Of a stretch of 64,000 nt of DNA, positions 57,241 through 64,000 are shown piece after piece. This DNA comes from Octopus sinensis (Eukaryota). Numbering within the stretch: position 1 is the first letter of the stretch; each line of letters begins with the position of its first letter. Below the pieces are notes generated by a model, which was not told where the DNA came from, searched no databases, and saw only the letters and a program-made list of their open reading frames with translations. The DNA is taken from NCBI RefSeq assembly GCF_006345805.1, contig NC_043015.1:36084001-36148000 (forward strand), in the 5' to 3' direction. Position numbers and translations under genes: made by a program.

Positions 57241-57870
57241 AAATTGAGGAAGGGATCTCAAGATTGTGGAAGATTGCGTGCATATCGAACTCGAGAGCCT
57301 AATGACGTACCTCGCCTCCACGAGCTGGAGGGTCAACCTGAGGAATGAGCAGGCGTCTCCGCTGTGCCGCATCTTCAATAGAGCGGATGAAACCATTGCC
57401 CATATCACGATACGAATGCTCCAGACTTATCCAAAACCACTACAAGTTGTGGCGAAGCGACTACATAGCGAAAGTGCTACACTGGAAACTGTGCGAAAAG
57501 TGGGGGCCAGAAACAGGCACGTCGTGGTATGAACATAAACCGAAGAAACTGAAAGAGTAGGAAATTAGCAAAATTCTCTGGGATTTCTCAATCCAAACCG
57601 ATTAGCTGCCAGAGTATAACAGACCGGACCTAATAGTGGTGGTCAAGGTGCACCACATATGCTATATATTTGATGTTGCATGCCCCATTGACCCACGAAT
57701 AGTTAAGAAGGATGGCGCTAGAACAATATTACGTGCAAACCCAAATATATGACAACCTAGGCATAACACCAGCATGAACCTCTAACTTGTTATCCCTTGA
57801 GGTCTCTGACTGAGATTTGGTGCCAACTTGTATAAATACCAAGCAAAAGTCAAACATATAATTAATAATC

Positions 57871-57900
<30 letters not shown>
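57240..57900 (+). mobile_element. R4/Dong-like LINE remnant (zinc knuckle, REL domain, 3' tail)
   Basis: CRIF...ETIAHI...EC, AKVLHWKLCEKWG...WYEHKP, KILWDFSIQTD, NRPDLIVV and FDVACP; ends in (AAT)n. Confidence 0.8.
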
Positions 57901-57907
<7 letters not shown>

Positions 57908-57999
57908 TAATAATAATAATACTAATAATAAGCACATACCCAAGGCACACAGAGCTGTGCTCTGTAGTGAAGTGAAAGCACGCTATAAAAAAAAAACTA

Positions 58000-58040
<41 letters not shown>

Positions 58041-58060
58041 TAATAATAATAATGATAATT

Positions 58061-58223
58061 TATTTCTTTATTGCTGACAGGGGATAAACATAGAGGGGAC
58101 AAACAAGAACAGACAAGGGGATTAAGTCGATAACATCGACCGCAATGATTAACTGATATTTATTTAATCGACCCAAAAAGGATAAAAATGCAAAGTCGAC
58201 CTCGGTGGAATTTGAACTCAGAA
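58061..58223 (-). mobile_element. 5'-truncated tRNA-derived SINE
   Basis: Matches the 3' two-thirds of the 47137 family. Confidence 0.85.
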
Positions 58224-58865
58224 ATAATATTAATAAAAGATGCTGAAGTAGCAAGAAATTCTGGGAAGAAATCTGAATCAAATAATCAAACATATTATAA
58301 AAGGTGGCTGGTTATGGGTTTTCAAAAGAGAAACGGAAGATGGAATGATAGACAAAAATATTGTGAATGTGTGGTCGATGGTGATGATGTGAATGATGAA
58401 TAAGACGATGATGATGGGAAAGATGATGAGGATTATATTGATAATAGAGGACGTGTGGATGCTGATATTGATGATGATGATGATGATGATGCTGTTGATG
58501 GTAGCTGAAGATGATTGATAAAAATAATCCTACCTGTATTGTATTCCTTTCATCGTAGCTGCATCAGTTGTATCAACAGCAACAACAACTATAAACAAAG
58601 ACATAGACTGACCGTGTAAGACGAAGCAGAAAAAAACAAGGAAGTCAAATATTAAATTGAAAACAATTATATTTACTTTAATTAATATAATTAAGTTGAC
58701 TGTACAGCTTGACAAGAGGCAATTGGCCCAACTTAATCTTGGCCTAATTACGCTAAAGTAATTAGTTACTATCGTCTTGTTCATGGAGAAACTCATATAG
58801 AATTTGTATAAAATTTCACGCTTTTACTTCAAATCCTGCTTTACACAAATTTCGTTATATATACG

Positions 58866-58930
<65 letters not shown>

Positions 58931-59064
58931 TATGGAGATGCATAGCAAGTGACCTGATCTGAGGTCGTGTGCCGAAACAAAAACAATTGCAGCGTGGAAG
59001 GTGTTTATAAGCCAATTAAGAAACACACAAAAGCCGTTAGATTCAGTTCAACATTTAAATTTAA

Positions 59065-59115
59065 TTTGTCAAAATATTTTCGTCGCTTTTAGACCGCGAC
59101 CTGTTCACTGACAAA
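59065..59115 (-). ncRNA. Minimal type I hammerhead motif with G3-C8 core variant
   Basis: TTTGTCA GTGAACA G GTCGC GGTCTAAAA GCGAC GAAA ATATT T TGACAAA: 7-bp stem I, 5-bp stem II and palindromic helix III AATATT. Predicted cleavage after UUU at 59072. Confidence 0.75.
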
Positions 59116-59154
59116 ATCCCGTGCTGCATCTGAGAAAGTAACAGTTAGTTCATG

Positions 59155-59185
<31 letters not shown>

Positions 59186-59409
59186 TGTATGTATGTATGT
59201 ATGTATGTATGTATGTATGTATGCATATACGTATCTATGCATATAAATATGTGGGGATGCATATGTGTACATGCGTACGCTTGCGTGTACACCTATACGT
59301 ATGTATGTATGTATGTGTGTATGTATCTATGCATATAAATATGTGCATATACATATGTGTACATGCGTATGCTTGCGTGCACGCCTATACGTGTGTATGT
59401 ACGTATGTA

Positions 59410-59680
59410 TGTTCTGGAATAGGTTAGAGAGGGACACCAGCAAAAGAAATAGAAATATTACTTTGAATGATAACAAAAATTTGCGCAGTATAATGTTTGT
59501 TGACGCTTCCCCTAGGAACGAATTCAGTAGGTCATTTAAGAAAATCCTGCGCACAACTGGTCTTAAAATCAAAGTTGTAGAAAATACAGGTAGGACTATC
59601 GAATCTGTATTAAGTAAGTCATATCCATTTGATAAAATCCCGTGTCGGAATAATTGTGTAGTATGTTCTACAAACCCACA
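59410..59680 (+). mobile_element. Penelope-like (Neptune-type) RT-to-endonuclease linker remnant
   Basis: SIMFVDASP...KIKVVENTGRTIESVLSKSYPF...C...CVVC: Cys-rich linker typical of PLEs. Confidence 0.65.
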
Positions 59681-59720
59681 TCTGTTTTGGGGATAGTATG
59701 GATATCCCTTCATCAGAGAC
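59677..59720 (-). ncRNA. Decayed hammerhead motif (C3-G8)
   Basis: CTGATGA A GGGATA TCCATAC TATCCC C AAAA CAGATGT. Stem II is 6 bp; G12 is lost, consistent with CpG decay; stem I is not supported. Confidence 0.45.
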
Positions 59721-59819
59721 TATGTGAGACGGTTAAAAAGCGGTAAATATTAGAGATCGAAATAAGGAATTATTACGCAAAATGGGTTTGTATGTGAATA
59801 TGTATGGTAGGGGTTTTGT

Positions 59820-60167
59820 CTATAATCAATTCTTTAGTTTGGGATGTCTGAGTTCATGGATGAATGGTAGGGCACGTTGAAAAGCTATATCAATTAGTGA
59901 TGGTGGGTAATTTCTGTTGATGAGTGAATCATTTAGCTTATATAGACGTGTGTCCTTGGTGCTTGTATGAGATACTATAGTACACATACATTTTGCCAGG
60001 TTGAAAGAGATATTCATTCTAGTGTTTATGGGGTGGCATGCGTTGAACGGTACGTATTGCTTGGAATCCGTGGGCTTATAGAATATCCCTCCTTCTATTT
60101 TGCTGTTGGATTTCTTAATGAGGATCTCGTAGAACGCAATCTTCAATTGAATGCAATCTTCAATTGA
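59820..60167 (-). mobile_element. Penelope-like RT C-terminal remnant
   Basis: IFYKPTDSKQYVPFNACHP...NISFNLAK...YPPSLI is homologous to the plus-strand copy at about 60500-60700. Confidence 0.85.
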
Positions 60168-60169
60168 AT

Positions 60170-60241
<72 letters not shown>

Positions 60242-60310
60242 TGTGTGTATATATATTATATATATATATATATATTTATGTATATATATTTATATATGTA
60301 TAATACATAA

Positions 60311-61600
60311 AAGAGAATTGGAAACGATTCCTGGACGATTGTTTTATACTCTGGAAATGAAAACACAGATAAACTCCTAAAATTTAAAAACCTATTGAAC
60401 AGCATAAAGCCAAATATACAGTTCACAATGGAATACAACCAAAAGGAGCTCCCATTCTTGGATATACTAATTTAAAAAATTAACCTTAAAATAGAAACAG
60501 ACATTTTTTACAAAGCCACAGACGCCAAACAATACCTTCTTTATTATTCATCCCACCCAAGACACACTAAAACAAACATCTCCTTCAACCTTGCAAGAAG
60601 GATATGCACAATAGTGTCAGAACAAAATACCAGGAACTTTAGACTGCAAGAACTCAAAAACACCCTAATTGACAGACAATACCCAGCTCAACTCATAAAG
60701 GATGGGATCAGACGTGCAACAGAAATCAACATAGAAACTTTAAGAAAAGTTCAACACAACAACACACCTTCCCCGAAAATACTACCTTACATATCCACAT
60801 ACAACCCCAGAAACAAAGAAGCCTTCACCTTCATCACACAGAATTTACCAATACTTCATAAGGACCCCAAATTAAAGGAAATTCTAAACATACACCAAAT
60901 CATTAAAAGCTACAAACAACCTAAATCACTTAAAAAGATTCTCACAAAGGCAAAATTGTTTTCTGAAATTACGGATGCAAAAGTAAAAAAATGTGGTAGA
61001 CCGAACTGTGCAACATGTCCAAACCTGCTAGAAGGATCAGAATTCCTCTTCAAAGAGGGACAGAAATTCAAGATCAAATCTAATTTTACTTGTGCCTCTG
61101 AAAACACAATTTATGTCATAAAATGCTTGGGCTGCCACCAAAACTACGTGGGGTCCACGGGACTATCACTCAGACGTAGATGCACACTGCATCGACAACA
61201 GATTACAGAATGATACCCTTTAGTGAGCACATTGAGAAATGCGCAAAGCAACTACTACCACAATTTTTAATCTTCCCATTTTACCAATGTGCTATCGGAA
61301 CACCAACACAAATTAGACTAAACAAGGAAACATTCTTCATTGAAAAATACAAGCCCAAACTTAACCATTCCAACATACTTTTACAAAGAAATTCACTCCA
61401 AAAGAAAGGCAAAAACTTTTAAACGATTATCTCCCTTACACCGAAGAAATCACTTATTACCTCCCCTTATCTGGAACTCTCCTCAACATAAACATAACGA
61501 TAACTCTTCTCAACGTAAACATAACGATGTAAGAAATTTGAAAAGCTGAACGCGAAACCGGTCATTTCTTCTAAACTATGTCATTGTAAGAAAAAAATTT
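60311..61600 (+). mobile_element. 5'-truncated Penelope-like element (RT, GIY-YIG, 3' repeat with hammerhead)
   Basis: WKRFLDDCF (RT catalytic motif), IFYKATDAKQYL...SHPRH, CGRPNCATC linker, IYVIKCLGCHQNYVGST and FIEKYKPKLN, with stops and frameshifts. Confidence 0.92.
61531..61570 (+). ncRNA. Minimal type I hammerhead motif with U3-A8 core variant
   Basis: AAGAAAT TTGAAAA GC TGAAC GC GAAA CCGGT C ATTTCTT: 7-bp stem I, 2-bp stem II and palindrome ACCGGT. Predicted cleavage after GUC at 61563, in the PLE 3' region. Confidence 0.75.
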
Positions 61601-62375
61601 ATAACATTCTTCAGACATATTGACTCAAATATATATTTTTTAACCTTTTAAAACAAGCCTTCTGTAGTTTTTTCACTTTTTACTATTTTCTATATATTCA
61701 ACCACGTTCTTTCACAAACCAACTTTCACATCTATATATATATATATTATATATATGTATATATATATATATATGTACACTGACACTAATATCTATTCTG
61801 TATTGACGGTTTAAAGTCGATTTTATGTTATGGATATGTTCCCTCCGTAACACTTGATACTCTTTCTTTTCTCCCTCTGGAAAAATTGATAAGCAAAATT
61901 AGGTCATAGTTATCATAAAAATTGATAACTAAATTAGGTCATATTATGTGATATATATTTGTACCTTCATATTTATGTATAATATAATTTTGAAACTCTC
62001 ATTTTGGTCTTTCCTTTTAATCTAATTTGTGTCAATATTGTGCACTGTTTCAGTGAAATCATTTTAACCTTTAAAAAGGAGTGTGTGCCACGCAATCATT
62101 GGCCTGCTGTAAGGTCTAAGTCAATGACACACCTTCGTCGCGAAGCAGACACTTCCAACTTATTGTCAAACATTTTGCTTTGTGTAGGAAATTAAATAAT
62201 TTATTGAGTTATCAATTTATATTCGGATGAGTATTTGAAAGCTTCTTATATAAGTATATTAACAAATATATATACACTTGTTCATACATATATAAATATA
62301 TGAGTATATATTATGTATATATATATTTATGTATATATATATCTATGTATATATATATTTATGTATATATATATC

Positions 62376-62450
<75 letters not shown>

Positions 62451-64000
62451 AATATAGCCTTAGGAAGCCTTGGGAGTTGACCTAACAGTTCAGAAGTTAA
62501 AGTACAGCAAACAGAGACAGAAAAAGGGGAAAGGAGTAAATAATGGCTAAAAAGTAGTGAAATCGAATTTTCTGTCCTGAATAGTGTTATTGAATGAAAG
62601 AGCAAAGAATGAAACCAGAAAAGAACATGAAACCGGATAGAAAAGAAATAAGAAGAAGAATAAGAGCAAACAACAGAAGGTTTTTAGGAAAAGACACGAC
62701 TTTGCGAGACGAAGATTCGATAAATCAAATGAAACTGCAGCGTGAATAAAACTAAAGCAAAAACAATTTGCTGACTAAAGATGGAAGCTAATAAACCAAA
62801 CGAGGAATCGCCATCAAACATTATCGACAATTTAAGTAGTTCTTCGATGTTTTATGGTAATTAGTACATTCTTAGTTAACCTGCTTCACTGTCTTTATTT
62901 TTCCTTTTTTTTACATCTTTTCCTTCTCAATTTCTTTCATTTTTACTAAATCTTGTTAGAGTTGTTGTTTAATTGTATCTTGTTAATTCTTATCTCTTGT
63001 TATTTATTTGATTGATTCATTCATTTTATTCAGTATTTACTTTTTGTTTTATTATAGTTGTTTATTTATGTGTCTTATATTTTTATCGACGGTTTCTTCT
63101 TTTATTGACTTTCCTCTCGCTCATCACTCTCCCATTCTCTCTCTATCTTTTCCCCTTTATCGCTCTGAAGCACGATCACTGTCTCCCCCTCTCATTTCTA
63201 CTAAATATCTGTTGCTATCCATTTTGCTTTATCTCAGTTACATTACATCTCTCCTTCTTAACAATCGCTTCCAAACCCTCTTTCAAACCCTATTATTCTT
63301 CTTCTATTTATATCCGTATCCCTCATCATTTCTTCTCAGTCCTTGTCCAGCTATTTACCTTTCTCTTTGTGTCTCAGCATATCTTTCTAGCTATTTCTCT
63401 CTCCCGTCTATTTCTATCTCTTTCTCTGTAACTTTCTATCTATCTACCTATTTCTTCTATATTTCTATCTTTCACTGAATATTTCTGTCGCTCTTCATCT
63501 CCATCTCGTTTGTAGTACCCATACTCATATTTGATTTTTCTTCTTTTCTTATCTTAAAAACAGAATTATTCACTGTAAAACAATAAATCCTTGACGTAGA
63601 ATTGTATTTTGCAATCCAATATAAGGATTATATTTCCAGAAAGATAATTAAATCTTGTATTTTATCGTGTTTTTATTTGGCTCAAAATTCTTTCTTATTT
63701 TAGACTTTCGTCAAAGTTTCCCGTTTCATTCCTTTGCATTTGCGGACAAATATTAATTTTTTTTATATTTTGGTTTTAGTAATTTTTCCGTTCGCTTCTC
63801 TGTTTTTTTTTTTCTCTTCTGATTTATGGATGGGAATCAATTTATAATTGATAACAGTTGTTTATTATTTGTATAGCGCCATCAGCACTAACATCGTTTT
63901 AAAGGACATCTGAAAATGGCTGGATACAAACGGAATTATGAAAGCTTCAGAATGGCTACCGATCTAAAGGTCTCTACCGAAACATGCTCCGAAAAGTACT

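Noticed and set aside
58950-58990. CTGATCTGAGG...CCGAAAC
   Set aside because: The core is two bases too long and there is no cleavage-site helix.

Overview
AT-rich eukaryotic DNA, saturated with microsatellites and made almost entirely of intergenic or intronic sequence and decayed transposons. The repeat families look coleoid-cephalopod (Octopus-like); that is my recollection and inference, not a database result. I recognise no host gene, only a few low-confidence exon candidates. Recognisable content: CR1-like, RTE-like and R4/Dong-like LINE remnants; Penelope-like element (PLE) remnants (RT and GIY-YIG); a deleted mariner; an 821-bp foldback MITE with an 8-bp TSD and telomere-like repeats; many tRNA-derived SINEs; two local tandem duplications; and a 100-N gap. 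The main signal not explained by ORFs is a set of nine type I hammerhead ribozyme motifs (five intact or near-intact, four decayed), folded by hand. They sit in PLE-associated repeats and show three versions of the 3-8 core pair (C3-G8, G3-C8, U3-A8). One pair belongs to a composite of a tRNA-like head, (AAT)n and a hammerhead tail, with an inverted 5' copy of the tail. This resembles a SINE mobilised by Penelope machinery. Boundaries of decayed elements are approximate.
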